A stretch of 33,622 bases of DNA from Candidatus Nealsonbacteria bacterium (GCA_003559635.1 PWKU01000034.1:1-33622); one strand, 5' to 3'. Counted from the first letter of the stretch, positions 8,391-17,467 are shown. Numbers and translations are program-made. Notes: generated by a model from the letters alone, not told the origin.

Positions 8391-9218
8391 ATGAATATAG
8401 AAGAAATAAAAAAAAGAGTGGAAGAAAAATTAGATGTTCCACGGAAAGCGCTGGAAGGAGATGAAAACAGGGAGATAGAAAGAATGTTGGGTTTTTTTCT
8501 GGTAGAGAAAGGCTATATTGCGGGAGTCGAAGAAAAGGATGATGACTGGAGTTTTGTTTATCAGAGTACTACCCGGAGTATAGCGGTTTCCGAGAAAGAA
8601 ATGCCTCATGAAAAGTGGGAGAAGTGTGTTTTTAAGATGGGAATCAATCAGAAAACGGAAGAAAATCTTTTTCCCAGCCCAGGGCTTGAAACGGAGAAGT
8701 ACCGCTTTCTTCACGAAGCAAGCCATGCTTACCAAGAGTATTTGTGTTTCAAAGAAAGTGGGGAGAATCCTAAAGAATGGCATCAAAGGTCACTAGGGGG
8801 AGAGATAGATTCTTATTACGGAAAGCTTTTTAATTTCTGTTTCTACAAAAGAATGGAAGATGATGAAAAAGAAGGGAGAAGAAAAGAAAAAGAAAAGGGG
8901 CTTTCTGTTTGGGGGAATGCCTCAAACTATGATTATCTTAACGATGAAGAGATTCCGAATAGAGAGTCCGAAATTGCGGTAAGGGCGCAGGAAGACGCCA
9001 ACGAGCTGGTTACAATGTTCCTCTGGCACCCGGAATATTTTCGTGTCTATTTGGATTATCTCTCATTAAACCATGAAAATCCTCAGGTAAGAGAAAGAGA
9101 GATTACCAAAGAAGATTTGGAAAAAAGGGGGCTTGTTGAGATATCAAAAGAAGAAGCGGATTATTTAAGGAAGCTGATTTCTTTATATGTAAACGAGATG
9201 AAGGAAAACATAGCCTAG
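8391..9218 (+). CDS. Hypothetical protein with zincin-like HExxH motif
   Basis: FLHEASHAY plus downstream EDANE. Confidence 0.6.
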   Translation: MNIEEIKKRVEEKLDVPRKALEGDENREIERMLGFFLVEKGYIAGVEEKDDDWSFVYQSTTRSIAVSEKEMPHEKWEKCVFKMGINQKTEENLFPSPGLETEKYRFLHEASHAYQEYLCFKESGENPKEWHQRSLGGEIDSYYGKLFNFCFYKRMEDDEKEGRRKEKEKGLSVWGNASNYDYLNDEEIPNRESEIAVRAQEDANELVTMFLWHPEYFRVYLDYLSLNHENPQVREREITKEDLEKRGLVEISKEEADYLRKLISLYVNEMKENIA

Positions 9219-9299
9219 GGGAATAGTATTTTATCGAAAATTTTCTTCTGGGAGCTTGTGGCTGTTGTATTTCTAATTGATTATATTAAAATTAGGCAT

Positions 9300-10310
9300 A
9301 TGAAAATTAATTATAAAAACCCGGAAAAAAGAACGGGAATCCTCATTTGGGAGGGAGACGTAAGCTTTCTTTCGAGAGAGAAGGATTTTAGTTTGAGGGG
9401 AATAGGGGAAGAGGAGATAAAAGAAAGAGCGAGAAAAGTGAATGGGGACAATGCGCTCTATTTTTTTACGGCTGTAAATAAAGCGGACAGTTTTCTTGTT
9501 TGGGTTTCGCAGATTAAAGAATGGGACAGTCAGAAAGTATTGAGTTCCGAGTCCAGCGTAACCGAGAAAAGAAGCTATGAAGACAAGGAGAACGGAAACA
9601 TAATAAGTTTTATTGATTTTTCTTCTAAAGTTTTAGGGAGAAAACAAATCAAGATAAATTTTTCAATTGAAGTATCTGAGATAGAGGTTGAGGAGGGCAG
9701 TTGGGTGACCGATGATTATGATAAATCTTCTCCTCTTTACAGGAAATATACAAAAAGTGAAAGGCAACTTAGCCAAACCGATGATATCGTAAAGCTGGCA
9801 GAAGAAATTACTCGTAGCACAGATGACTATTTCCCGAAAGCGAAGATTATATATAATTGGATCGTGGAAAATATTGAACACAAGGAGAAAACAGGAGAGA
9901 GAGGTGCGATAAGGGTTTTTCAAAGCAAAAATGGGAATGCTGCCGAGTTAAGCTTTCTTTGCATAACACTGATGAGGTCTGTCGGAATTCCCGCGAGACT
10001 TGTAACCGGTGCTTGGGGAGAAGCGGGGAGAAGACAGGAAAATCATTTTTGGCTCGAATTTTATCTTAACAATGTTGGCTGGGTCCCGGTTGATTGCGCT
10101 AAAAAAATGTTTGCGAGATTGGACAACAAAAGAACAATATTTTCGAAGGGAGAGAATATTATACTCGAAAGAGGTCCCGATCAGAGCGAGGTTTTTAATA
10201 TAAATTACAAAAGAGTGTTTTTTATGCAACCTGAGGCGACTTATATAAACAAGCAAGAAGACGGGTTGCTGGTGGTAGAACAAAACAAATATCTTCTTGT
10301 TAAGGAATAA
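9300..10310 (+). CDS. Transglutaminase-like domain protein lacking the canonical catalytic Cys
   Basis: GNAAELS..R..GIPARLV.G..HFWLEFY...GWVPVD. Start at ATG 9300 chosen from the upstream -10 box. Confidence 0.85.
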   Translation: MKINYKNPEKRTGILIWEGDVSFLSREKDFSLRGIGEEEIKERARKVNGDNALYFFTAVNKADSFLVWVSQIKEWDSQKVLSSESSVTEKRSYEDKENGNIISFIDFSSKVLGRKQIKINFSIEVSEIEVEEGSWVTDDYDKSSPLYRKYTKSERQLSQTDDIVKLAEEITRSTDDYFPKAKIIYNWIVENIEHKEKTGERGAIRVFQSKNGNAAELSFLCITLMRSVGIPARLVTGAWGEAGRRQENHFWLEFYLNNVGWVPVDCAKKMFARLDNKRTIFSKGENIILERGPDQSEVFNINYKRVFFMQPEATYINKQEDGLLVVEQNKYLLVKE

Positions 10311-10321
10311 TTTTCGGAATA

Positions 10322-10789
10322 TTGGCAAAGAGATTTAAAATTACCATATTAATCGCTGTTTTCTTCGCAGTAGGGTGGCTCTGGATTTTTAGTCAGCAGG
10401 CAGAAGAGAATCTTTCTGCCGCCAAAAAAGAGGCAGTTTTATTGGGAAGTGAAAAACTTGATGTTTGGGTAGTAAAAAAACCGGATGAGAGAAAAAGAGG
10501 TCTTTCGGGAATGGAGAAGCTGGTGGAAGTGGATGGAATGCTCTTTGTTTTTGAGGAGGAAAAAAGACACCCTTTCTGGATGAAGGATATGCACTTCCCG
10601 ATTGATATTATTTGGATTAGCGGGGAAAGAAAAGTACTGGAGATAACATACGGCGTCAGTCCCGAAACTTATCCGGACATATTTCAACCTCAACAGCCGG
10701 TTAAGTATGTTATTGAAGTTGAAGCGGGAAGAGCGGAAGAGATAAACATTGAAGAGGGGAGCGTTTTTTCGCCAAACGGGAGATTATGA
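10322..10789 (+). CDS. DUF192 family protein
   Basis: N-terminal TM; RGLSG..GMLFVF..FWMKDM.FPIDIIWI..YVIEV.AG. Confidence 0.92.
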   Translation: MAKRFKITILIAVFFAVGWLWIFSQQAEENLSAAKKEAVLLGSEKLDVWVVKKPDERKRGLSGMEKLVEVDGMLFVFEEEKRHPFWMKDMHFPIDIIWISGERKVLEITYGVSPETYPDIFQPQQPVKYVIEVEAGRAEEINIEEGSVFSPNGRL

Positions 10790-12129
10790 GCAAAGAAAAA
10801 AACAGAATAATCGCAATCTTAATAATAATTGGAGATCTTTTCATCTTCTATTTTTCTTTGTATCTGGCGCTTTTTTTAAGGAAGGCAGGGTCTCCCGATA
10901 TGGAGATATTCAATGAACTGAGAGAGCCCTTCCTGTATCTCTTTTTTATATGCTCTTTTATCTTCTTTATTATTGATTTCTATGAGTTGTCTTCTTTTAG
11001 AAAAGCAGTCTCTTTTTTAAGAAGCATTTTTGTTTTTTTCTTTCTGGCGATTGTTTCTGGTATTGTTTATTTTTATTTTCAGCCTCAGTTGGAGCTTACC
11101 CCGAGAGCAATACTTTTTTTAACCGTATTTAATTTCACAGTTTTCTCTTCTCTTTGGAGATATATTATCTTTCGTATCGTTGGAATGAAAAATTTTCGGA
11201 GAAGACTTTTTTTTGTTGGGTTTTGCGAAGAGATGAGAGAAATCTTGAGCGACGATTTCGTAGAGTATGAAATTATCGGAATTTATACGAAAGGAAATAT
11301 TCCCAAGGATGTTAGAGAGAGGGTGGATGTGTTTGATGATATAGCGGAGGTAAAAAAGATAGCTAAAGACATTGAGGGACTTGTTTTCGCCCCCAATATA
11401 AAAGATGACAGGGAAACCGTAAAAATGATTTTCTCCGAACTTCCTTTAAATATGAAGTATATGGAGTTTTTTACGCTCTACGAGGAGGCAACAAAGAAAG
11501 TTCCTCTGTATTCTCTGAATGAATGGTGGTTTTTGGAAAACATATCGAGGCCGAAAAAGAGAATGGGTGAAATCGTAAACAGAACGGCGGAAATATTCTT
11601 TTCGTTATGCGGGTTACTGTTTTTATTGATTATTTTCCCGGTTGTTACAGCGGTGATTAAAATAGATTCCAGGGGGACTGTTTTATATCGGCAAGAGAGG
11701 ACGGGAGAAAAAGGTAAAAAATTTATTTTATATAAATTCAGGACAATGCGCCATATTCCCGAAGAAGAAGAGTTTCCGTGGAGAGAAGAAAAGAAGGGGG
11801 AAGTTACCCGCATAGGGAAGGCTTTAAGAATAACTCACTTTGATGAGCTTCCACAAATCTACAATATCATAAAAGGAGATTTGGGTTTTATAGGGCCAAG
11901 GCCGGAGGTTACAAAACTCGCCAAGGAGTTTGAAAAGAAAATTCCTTTCTATAAACTGCGTTATTTGGTCCGCCCCGGAATTACGGGGTGGGCTCAAATA
12001 AATTATCCTGCTTCAACAAGCTTGCAAGAAGCGGAAGAAAAATTTAGATATGACCTCTACTATATCAAGAATCGATCGTTTTTCCTTGACATCATTATTT
12101 TAATAAAGACATTTCGTACTATTTTCTAA
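10786..12129 (+). CDS. Polyprenyl-phosphate glycosylphosphotransferase (bacterial sugar transferase)
   Basis: Four N-terminal TMs; KFRTM, DELPQ, GPRPE, PGITGWAQ and DLYYI motifs. Confidence 0.93.
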   Translation: MSKEKNRIIAILIIIGDLFIFYFSLYLALFLRKAGSPDMEIFNELREPFLYLFFICSFIFFIIDFYELSSFRKAVSFLRSIFVFFFLAIVSGIVYFYFQPQLELTPRAILFLTVFNFTVFSSLWRYIIFRIVGMKNFRRRLFFVGFCEEMREILSDDFVEYEIIGIYTKGNIPKDVRERVDVFDDIAEVKKIAKDIEGLVFAPNIKDDRETVKMIFSELPLNMKYMEFFTLYEEATKKVPLYSLNEWWFLENISRPKKRMGEIVNRTAEIFFSLCGLLFLLIIFPVVTAVIKIDSRGTVLYRQERTGEKGKKFILYKFRTMRHIPEEEEFPWREEKKGEVTRIGKALRITHFDELPQIYNIIKGDLGFIGPRPEVTKLAKEFEKKIPFYKLRYLVRPGITGWAQINYPASTSLQEAEEKFRYDLYYIKNRSFFLDIIILIKTFRTIF

Positions 12130-12139
12130 ATTAAAAATT

Positions 12140-12148
12140 TGCTATACT
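12140..12148 (+). promoter_or_regulatory. Extended -10 element (leaderless-type) for the 12156 ORF
   Basis: TGcTATACT ends 7 nt before the ATG. Confidence 0.6.
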
Positions 12149-12155
12149 AAGGCGT

Positions 12156-12890
12156 ATGATAATTTTAAAGGCTATTCAAAGCTTTCTAATGCCCAGCGCA
12201 CTTGTTTTTCTTCTCGCAATAGCCGGGTTATTGTTGCTTTCCAAGAAAAAACAGAGAGCTGGGAAAGTTTTTGTTTTTTTGGCTGTCTTTTTCTATTATC
12301 TTTTTTCAATTACGCCAGTAAGTGATTTTTTGCTGATGTCCTTGGAAGAAAAATACAGAACGATTTCCGTTGAAGATGCAGAGCAAGTGGAAAAAGTAGT
12401 TCTTCTCTTAGGAGGGAGAGAAAGTGATGTTTTGCGAGGAAGTGAAGTTTTAAGAATTTGGCATCTTTCAGAAGGAGACATGAAAGTAATTATTTCCGGG
12501 ACGGATCCCTTGGTTGAAACCAGTCACGAAGCTTTGGCTGTAAGAAATTTCTTTATCAATCGAGGAGTGGATGCGGAAGACATTATCATAGAAGGAGATT
12601 CTCGTAACACAAGAGAAAATGTTATCAATGTCCAAAACATTGTTGAAAAGAAGCCCTTCTTTCTTGTCACATCCGCCTTTCATATGGAGAGAGCACTGGT
12701 AGAATTTGAAAGGCTTGGAGCTAATCCGATACCGGCTCCCACTGATTTTAAAAGAAGAAGAGTGCTCAGCTACCATTTTTTTGATTTTATTCCAAATGCG
12801 CAGAACCTAAGAAACGCGGATCTCGCCGTTCACGAGCACGTTGGAACCGTTTACTATCGATTAATTTACCTTTTTAAAGTAAATCATTAA
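12156..12890 (+). CDS. YdcF/ElyC-like DUF218 protein
   Basis: Two TMs; VLLLGG, IISG, SRNTREN, LVTSAFHMERA, PAPTDF and HE..G motifs. Confidence 0.9.
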   Translation: MIILKAIQSFLMPSALVFLLAIAGLLLLSKKKQRAGKVFVFLAVFFYYLFSITPVSDFLLMSLEEKYRTISVEDAEQVEKVVLLLGGRESDVLRGSEVLRIWHLSEGDMKVIISGTDPLVETSHEALAVRNFFINRGVDAEDIIIEGDSRNTRENVINVQNIVEKKPFFLVTSAFHMERALVEFERLGANPIPAPTDFKRRRVLSYHFFDFIPNAQNLRNADLAVHEHVGTVYYRLIYLFKVNH

Positions 12891-12900
12891 ATTTAAAATA

Positions 12901-14607
12901 ATGGAAAAGATAACCACGAAAATAATTTTCTCCGCCGTATTACTTTTGCTTTTGCCTTCTTTGGCAAACAGCGCTTCACTGGGAGATGTGGAAAGGCTTT
13001 TTATCGAATCTGCCTATGACAATCACCAAAGAAGAAATACCGAGGCGGAATTAAAACTCATCACAAACCATATTTATTTTTATGTGGATAAGCGTTGGTG
13101 GAAGAGGGTCTCGGAAGAAGATGCTAAAGAGTATGAAAGAGTAATGTATAGTTTGGGAGGTGAGTTTGAAAAGAACATTTATCCTCGAATTAAGCAAAGA
13201 TTCGGTGTTTTCCCCAAACATAATGTTGTAGGAGAAGGCGAAAGAATAAATATTCTTTTCCATCCCATGGGAGAAAATTTTGGGGGCTATTTTAGATCCG
13301 GAGATCAGCATTCTATTTACCAATACCCACGATCCAACGAGAAAAATATTCTTTATTTAAATTCCAGTTTGATAGAGAATCCCAACTTGAGGGGATATTT
13401 AGCACATGAATATATGCATCTCGTTACTTTTAATGAAAAAAACAAAGAGTTTGGAATAAGCGAGGAGGTGTGGCTCAATGAGCTTCGGGCAGAGCTGATT
13501 ATTAGCAGCTTGGGATATAATGATGACTATGAAAACAGCAACCTAAGACAAAGAGTAAGAACTTTTCTCCGCGATCCGGACATCTCCCTTACTGAGTGGA
13601 CGGAACAAATTGCCGATTATGGTGTGATTAATGCTTTTGGAGAGTACTTGGTCGGGCACTATGGAGAGAAAATACTTATGGACTCCCTTAACTCCCAGAT
13701 TTCCGGAATTCCGAGCATTGATTACGCTTTGGAGAAAAATGAAGTAGGTAAAACTTTTTCGGAAATATTTACGGAGTGGATGATTGCCGTCTATCTCAAT
13801 GACTGCAAACACGGTGATTACTACTGTTATAAGAATGAAAAATTGAAAGACTTCAGTGTTTCTCCTGCAACGGTTTTTATTCCGACAAGAGATGGCGGGT
13901 CAGTCACTGTCAGATATCAGACAAAAAATTGGGCGGGAAATTGGCACCGGATTGTCGGGGGGTCGGGCGATCTTTATTTGGATTTTTACGGAGATGAAAT
14001 ATTTAATGTCCCCTATATTTTGTGTGAAAAAGACGGCAATTGTGAAGTTTCTTTTTTGGAAATAGATGAAGAAGGAGAGGGGAGTGTTGTTATTGAGGAA
14101 TTTAATTCCCGGTATGAATCAGTAGTTATTCTCCCCCACTTACAGCAAAAGTTTACCGGATTTAATGGGCCCGAAAAACCGGTTTCTTTTGAGTGGCAGG
14201 CGGAGGTAAGAGAAGAAAACGATGAAGAAAAGCTTAAACAGGAAGAGCTTCGCGAGCTTAGCGAGAGATTGTCGCTGATTAGAAGCAAAATAGAAGAAAT
14301 AAGTCTTCTTTTGGGCATAGGGTCTTCAGACGAGACATCTTTGGATAAAATAAGAGAAGACCTCCATTACGGGATGAGAAGATCCAGGGAAGTTGAAAAT
14401 TTGCAATTATTTTTAAAAAATCAAGGTGAGGAGATATATCCGGAGGGTTTGGTTACGGGCAACTTTCTCGTATTAACGAAAAGAGCGGTAATTCGTTTTC
14501 AAGAAAGGCACGCGGAAGAAATTTTGGATCCTCTCGGGCTTTCGGAAGGTACGGGATATGTCGGAGTACACACAAGGGAATTAATAAACTCTTTCTTGAA
14601 TAATTAA
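12901..14607 (+). CDS. Secreted zinc metallopeptidase (M30-like) with C-terminal peptidoglycan-binding-like domain
   Basis: Signal peptide; GGYF, LAHEYMHLV and WLNELRAE; C-terminal V..LQ.FL...YPEGLVTGNF..T..AV..FQ..EIL.P.G..GTGYVG..TR..IN. Confidence 0.8.
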   Translation: MEKITTKIIFSAVLLLLLPSLANSASLGDVERLFIESAYDNHQRRNTEAELKLITNHIYFYVDKRWWKRVSEEDAKEYERVMYSLGGEFEKNIYPRIKQRFGVFPKHNVVGEGERINILFHPMGENFGGYFRSGDQHSIYQYPRSNEKNILYLNSSLIENPNLRGYLAHEYMHLVTFNEKNKEFGISEEVWLNELRAELIISSLGYNDDYENSNLRQRVRTFLRDPDISLTEWTEQIADYGVINAFGEYLVGHYGEKILMDSLNSQISGIPSIDYALEKNEVGKTFSEIFTEWMIAVYLNDCKHGDYYCYKNEKLKDFSVSPATVFIPTRDGGSVTVRYQTKNWAGNWHRIVGGSGDLYLDFYGDEIFNVPYILCEKDGNCEVSFLEIDEEGEGSVVIEEFNSRYESVVILPHLQQKFTGFNGPEKPVSFEWQAEVREENDEEKLKQEELRELSERLSLIRSKIEEISLLLGIGSSDETSLDKIREDLHYGMRRSREVENLQLFLKNQGEEIYPEGLVTGNFLVLTKRAVIRFQERHAEEILDPLGLSEGTGYVGVHTRELINSFLNN

Positions 14608-14609
14608 AA

Positions 14610-15626
14610 ATGCGCGGTTTTTCTAAGTTTTTTGTCACTCTTCTTATTGGTGCTGCCATCCTTTTTTTTGTTGTTCGGGAAATGGGAACAGAGGCAATGT
14701 GGGCCGGAATTTCTTTGTTTATAGGATGGGGAGGTCTTTTGATTTTAATAAACACTTTCTTTGTCCTCTTGGCCGGTGCGCTCAGATGGGGACAGGTTCT
14801 AAAATCAGAGAACGAAAATGTTCCTTTTTTGATAATTTTGCGTTATCTTGTAAAAGGATTTACTGTTGACTTTCTTACGCCATTTTCTCTTTTCGGAGGG
14901 GAAACCGTAAGAATTTTTTTAATGGAAAAAGAGGTTGGCGTTAAAAAAAGCGCTTTTTCCGTGATAACCGATAAAATCTTGGATGTTACGATGCTCTTTT
15001 TCTTTTTACTATTAGGAATAACGCTTTTCGTTGTTTATAGTGTAACTCCCAGCGACTCTCTTTTATTTTATGCCGCGGGGGTTATCGCTTTGGTGCTTTT
15101 TGTTCTTGTGTTGTTTTATGTAAAAGCATTGCAAAAAGAAAGCTTTTTAAAATGGGTTTTTGCGATTGTCGGTATATCAAGGAAGTACCTTGATGAGACG
15201 GAGAATGGAAGAGCTATCATTGAGGTTGAAGAAAAAATTATCCATTTTTTTTCCGGCAAAAAAAGAGAGCTTGTAAAAGGGTTGGCGTTCAGTTTTCTCC
15301 GCCACTTTTTTTTCGTGTCAAGAATTTTTTTGATTATGTTTCTAATTACCGGGTCAACAGATCCGGGAATTGCAATAACGGTCTACGGACTTGTTATTTT
15401 GGCAATGTTTCTTCCTTTGCCCGCTGCGCTTGGCTCAATGGAGGTTATTTTAGTGCTGGGACTTGGAGCGATCGGGCACGAGATTGGTGCCGGATTAACG
15501 GCGGCAACCACCCTTAGAGGAGCCGATTTAATGGTTTGCGCGGTGGGTGTGATTTTATTTATAAGACTTTCGTTCATGTCTTTCTATCATCAGTTTAATA
15601 AATTTATGGAAAGATTTGCAAAATAG
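14610..15626 (+). CDS. Lysylphosphatidylglycerol synthase TM / flippase-like (UPF0104) membrane protein
   Basis: ALRW, TPFSLFGGE..R, DKILD and PLPAALGSME motifs; multiple TMs. Confidence 0.85.
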   Translation: MRGFSKFFVTLLIGAAILFFVVREMGTEAMWAGISLFIGWGGLLILINTFFVLLAGALRWGQVLKSENENVPFLIILRYLVKGFTVDFLTPFSLFGGETVRIFLMEKEVGVKKSAFSVITDKILDVTMLFFFLLLGITLFVVYSVTPSDSLLFYAAGVIALVLFVLVLFYVKALQKESFLKWVFAIVGISRKYLDETENGRAIIEVEEKIIHFFSGKKRELVKGLAFSFLRHFFFVSRIFLIMFLITGSTDPGIAITVYGLVILAMFLPLPAALGSMEVILVLGLGAIGHEIGAGLTAATTLRGADLMVCAVGVILFIRLSFMSFYHQFNKFMERFAK

Positions 15627-15701
15627 ATTTTTGAAGGAGTAAAAGAAGATTGCCCTTGACAAAAAAATGCCCTTAAAACCACCATTCCCCCTTAAAAACA
15701 A

Positions 15702-15730
15702 AGCATTGCAGGGTCAGACCCTGCAATGCT
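15702..15730 (+). repeat. REP-like palindrome copy 2 (perfect 14-1-14)
   Basis: AGCATTGCAGGGTC-A-GACCCTGCAATGCT. Confidence 0.92.
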
Positions 15731-15740
15731 AGTTTTTTTT

Positions 15741-15784
15741 AGACGGACATTTCTACTTTGCTTAAGACGGATATTAGTACGTTG
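15741..15784 (+). promoter_or_regulatory. Imperfect 20-bp direct repeat pair, possible regulator sites
   Basis: AGACGGACATTTCTACTTTG (15741) and AGACGGATATTAGTACGTTG (15765), 16/20 identical. Confidence 0.45.
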
Positions 15785-15803
15785 GGTTGATAAGACACCT
15801 GAT

Positions 15804-15831
15804 TTGACATATTTTTTTATTTTGCTATCAT
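15804..15831 (+). promoter_or_regulatory. sigma70 promoter P1
   Basis: TTGACA-16 nt-TATCAT with extended TG; predicted TSS ~15838. Confidence 0.75.
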
Positions 15832-15837
15832 TCTCTT

Positions 15838-15900
15838 AGTGGGTAGGTGCGAAAGGTGACTCCAATTCGGCGAAAAACCTCACTCGAGCGAGGTTTTTTG
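15838..15900 (+). ncRNA. Candidate small RNA 1 (~62 nt)
   Basis: Lies between promoter P1 and a terminator; no credible ORF; two blocks are complementary to candidate RNA 2. Confidence 0.55.
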
Positions 15901-15901
15901 C
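15870..15901 (+). terminator. Intrinsic terminator of candidate RNA 1
   Basis: GCGAAAAACCTC-ACTCGAGC-GAGGTTTTTTGC. Confidence 0.75.
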
Positions 15902-15960
15902 TTTCAAAAAGCTGGTATGATGTCAAAATGTTTCTCTTTGAAAAAAGAGATTTTTTATAC

Positions 15961-15988
15961 TTGACACCTTTTTTCACTCTGTTAGAAT
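15961..15988 (+). promoter_or_regulatory. sigma70 promoter P2
   Basis: TTGACA-16 nt-TAGAAT with extended TG; predicted TSS ~15995. Confidence 0.78.
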
Positions 15989-15994
15989 GAGTTC

Positions 15995-16046
15995 GGGTCG
16001 GAAGGCACGTACTCACAGAATTGGAGTTAACGCTTCCGGCCCTTTT
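15995..16046 (+). ncRNA. Candidate small RNA 2 or structured murB leader (~52 nt)
   Basis: 10-bp stem GGGTCGGAAG/CTTCCGGCCC starting exactly at the predicted TSS, 28-nt loop, then TTTT. Confidence 0.55.
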
Positions 16047-16062
16047 AATTGCAAGCAAAAAT

Positions 16063-16998
16063 ATGAAAGAAGAAAAGAAGGAAGAGAAGATAGAAACAGA
16101 CCGCTCTTTGGAAAAATATAATACGATGCGTTTGAAAAGCATTGCCGATTTCTTTTTGAGAGCGAAAGATAAGGAAGATATTGTAAAAGGAGTTAGCTTT
16201 GCAAGAGAAAAAGGCATCCCTTTTTTTATTTTGGGTGCGGGAAGTAATGTCATTTTTCCCTCAAGATATGAAGGGCTTGTAATTTTAATGGCGAATAATA
16301 ATTTTAAAGTAATTGAGGAAGAGAGCTCGGTTAAAGTTTTTGCAGAAAGTGGGGCATATCTCCCCCGCGTTTCAGTTTCTGTGGATGAGAAGCTAGGAAA
16401 GGGGCTGGAATGGGCAGGAGGAGTTCCGGGAAGTGTCGGTGGAGCGGTCAGGGGAAATGCCGGAGCGTTTAACGGTTTTATGGCTGATTGCGTAAAGAGG
16501 GTGGTGGCGCTGAATACTGTTTCATTAGAAGAAGAAGTTTTTCAAAACAAGGATTGCCTTTTCGGATACAGGGAAAGTGTTTTCAAAAAGGAGGGGAAAT
16601 ATATTATCTTGGAGGTTGAAATGAAGTTTCCCAAAAAAGAGGAACAAAACGGCAAACAAAAGGAGTATATGGATTATCGTGAGAAGAACCATCCCATCAA
16701 ACCGTCAGCGGGAAGCGTTTTTAAGAATCCTGAAGTAGATGAAAATTTTTATTATTCTTTCCCGGAAACAGAAAAGTTCAAAGAGCTTGGTTTTGTCCCG
16801 GCAAGATTTTTGATAGAGGGTTGCGGTTTGGCAGGGTTTTCGGTTGGAGAAGCGCAGGTATCGGAAAAGCATGCCAATTTTATCGTTAATAAAGGAGATG
16901 CCACTCGGGAAGATATAAAAAAACTGATAAGTATTATAAAACAAAAAGTAAAAGAAAAATTCGGGATTTCTATTACTGAAGAAGTGAAGATTGTTTGA
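16063..16998 (+). CDS. murB: UDP-N-acetylenolpyruvoylglucosamine reductase
   Basis: LGAGSNV, GVPGSVGGAVRGNAGA, FGYRESVFK, SAGSVFKNP, SEKHANFIVN. ATG 16063 preferred over TTG 16021. Confidence 0.95.
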   Translation: MKEEKKEEKIETDRSLEKYNTMRLKSIADFFLRAKDKEDIVKGVSFAREKGIPFFILGAGSNVIFPSRYEGLVILMANNNFKVIEEESSVKVFAESGAYLPRVSVSVDEKLGKGLEWAGGVPGSVGGAVRGNAGAFNGFMADCVKRVVALNTVSLEEEVFQNKDCLFGYRESVFKKEGKYIILEVEMKFPKKEEQNGKQKEYMDYREKNHPIKPSAGSVFKNPEVDENFYYSFPETEKFKELGFVPARFLIEGCGLAGFSVGEAQVSEKHANFIVNKGDATREDIKKLISIIKQKVKEKFGISITEEVKIV

Positions 16999-17047
16999 TT
17001 ATTGAAATATATCTGGTAAAATAAAAAAGCTAACTTTTAAAAAGAAA

Positions 17048-17440
17048 ATGGAAGTTGTTATCAAATCAAAAAATATAGATCTTACTCCTCATTTAAAAAA
17101 TTATGCGGAGAAAAAACTTCTTTCCGCCTGTGGTCTTATTCCCGCTCTTTTAGAGAAAGAAGCCGAAGACAAAGAGCAGGTCGGAAGAGATGTAAACAGG
17201 GTAGTCCTGGAAGTGGAAATTGAAAAAGTTACCGGAGATGAAAAAGGCAGGATATTTCGTACCGAAGCGCAGATGATTCTCCCCGGGCGGATAATAAAAG
17301 CGGAAGATGTTGCCGAAACGGTGAAGGCTTCTATAGATGAAGTGAAGTATGAGCTTCAAAGACAGGTGAAAGACTATAAAGAGAAGGTGGAAACGATAAA
17401 AAAGAAAGGTGGACAGCAAGCGAAAAAAATGAGGGAGTAA
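17048..17440 (+). CDS. hpf: Ribosome hibernation promoting factor (HPF/RaiA)
   Basis: KNIDLT..LK.Y.EKKL ... AE....ASID....L.RQ...K.K; typical position upstream of secA. Confidence 0.88.
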   Translation: MEVVIKSKNIDLTPHLKNYAEKKLLSACGLIPALLEKEAEDKEQVGRDVNRVVLEVEIEKVTGDEKGRIFRTEAQMILPGRIIKAEDVAETVKASIDEVKYELQRQVKDYKEKVETIKKKGGQQAKKMRE

Positions 17441-17467
17441 GTGGATTAATGTAAGTAGAATATACAA

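Noticed and set aside
15828-16253. 141-aa minus-strand ORF across the small-RNA region
   Set aside because: Mostly antisense to murB, no recognisable motif, and it crosses two plus-strand promoters.
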